The position numbers were made by a program, and so were the translations under genes. Shown one piece after another: positions 62,880 through 64,000 of a stretch of DNA of 64,000 nt. The DNA lies in assembly GCF_001194135.2 (NCBI RefSeq), contig NC_068981.1:178431771-178495770 (forward strand), read 5' to 3'. Numbering within the stretch: the first letter of the stretch is position 1; each line of letters opens with the position of its first letter. Under the pieces are notes generated by a model, which was not told the origin of the DNA, ran no database searches, and saw nothing but the letters and a program-made list of their open reading frames with translations. This stretch comes from Octopus bimaculoides (Eukaryota).

Positions 62880-63909
62880 TGTCCAACTGATTTTGGAGAC
62901 TGTGGAATAAATGATAATCAGATGGGGCAATGTCTGGCGAATATGGTGGGTTCCTGTTCAAACTACACCAGCCTTTGAAATGTCATCCTCACTGTATGTG
63001 GCTGAGTATTATCCTGATGGAAGAACACCTTTCATTTTGAAACCAAAGATAGTTGTTTTTCTTTTGGCACTGACTTATGCTGCTTGCAGTAGATCTCCTT
63101 TGTTATTTGGTTTGGGTTTAAAAGTTCAAAGTGGACTAAACCTTTCATATCCCACCAAACAGATAACAACAACATACGTGGGTGAAGACCTTCTTTAGCC
63201 TGGAATGCTGATGTTTCTCCTTTCCTCACCCACTGTTTTCAGTGCTCGGCATTTTTATAGAGACCCTATTTCTTGTCACCAGTCACTATTCAGTCCAAAA
63301 AAGGTTCATTTGTGAGCCGTGGCAGGTAAGAAGAGCACATATTCATGCTCTATAGACTCAGATAATTTATGAGGAAGCCATTGACCCAATTTGCTAACTT
63401 TTCCGTTGGCATGCAGGTGTTGATGAATGGTTGAATGACCAATTCCAAGCTTCTCTGCTAGTTGCTCAACAGTTATGATGAGATTTTGTTTCACAAGGTT
63501 TTGCAGGATGTCCTTGTGGAGCCCTACAGATCTTCCAGGATGAGGCATATCTTCTAGGCTGTAGTTTCTGGCTGGGAATTTCTGGTACCACCATTGATAC
63601 TGGCTTACGCTTGTTGTCCGATCCCCATATACTGCATTAATATTCCTCGCACTTTCCGTTGTGCTGTTGCCTTTATTGAACTCATAAAGCAAAATATACT
63701 GAATATGCTACTTTGTCACTTCCATTATAGCTTTGAAAAAATAAGTATTAAAATTGAACTGCAGTCTTCAAAATTTGCACTAAGAATTAGGACAAGATAA
63801 AATTACTACCTGCTTTTATAGTAAAGTTGTTGCAGCTAGTTTATTCTGTCCTACTCCAACTTTTAGTTCATGCACCTGAAAAAACTGCATTATTTATGGG
63901 ATGACCCAA
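62880..63909 (-). mobile_element. Mariner element, 5' end intact, 3' end truncated, decayed
   Basis: TA|TTGGGTCATCCCATAAATAATG terminus; LYEFNKGNS...GKVSKLGQWLPHKL, LLSVWWDMKGLVHFELL, PPYSPDIAPSDYHLF. Confidence 0.88.
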
Positions 63910-64000
63910 TATAAATATTTTTTATCTAATTCTTGTAGAGTACCTGTTTAATGTTTTCTTTCTAGGATTTTCATTTTTATTGTGGGATATGTATTTTTGA

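Noticed and set aside
63966-64000. Possible terminal SEC16 exon after TTTCTTTCTAG
   Set aside because: It reads FSFLLWDMYF* in the required phase, with no Sec16-like sequence; more likely intron.

Overview
AT-rich, intron-dominated animal genomic DNA with seven N-gaps. The SINE and (GAT)n-tailed retroposon repertoire suggests an octopus (inferred from remembered repeat families). One protein-coding gene runs across the window on the + strand: a SEC16 (SEC16A-like) ER-exit-site/COPII scaffold. I traced 23 GT-AG exons from 12477 to 61434 (2937 nt, all junction phases consistent; two 21-nt microexons are tentative). They encode a Tyr/Arg/Asp-rich region, the Sec16 central conserved domain, Gln/Ser-rich linkers and the start of the C-terminal conserved region; both the N-terminus and the last exons lie outside the window. 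The introns hold many layered transposons: at least four tRNA-type SINE families, a (GAT)n-tailed retroposon sharing its 3' end with RTE LINEs, RTE relics, mariner and DD37D maT elements, piggyBac, Helitron and Penelope fossils, several MITEs and a HERO-like LINE fragment. No CRISPR, rRNA or true tRNA genes are supported. I see no proven new system. The best leads are (1) a GC-rich HERO-type LINE fragment resembling fish elements (possible horizontal transfer), (2) an unclassified MITE with 6-bp TSDs and telomeric repeats, whose two inverted copies bracket a frame-symmetric, stop-free 351-nt Tyr-rich exon block (circRNA or exon-skipping hypothesis), (3) a microexon with two overlapping in-frame readings, and (4) a Penelope-type insertion with a hammerhead-like motif.
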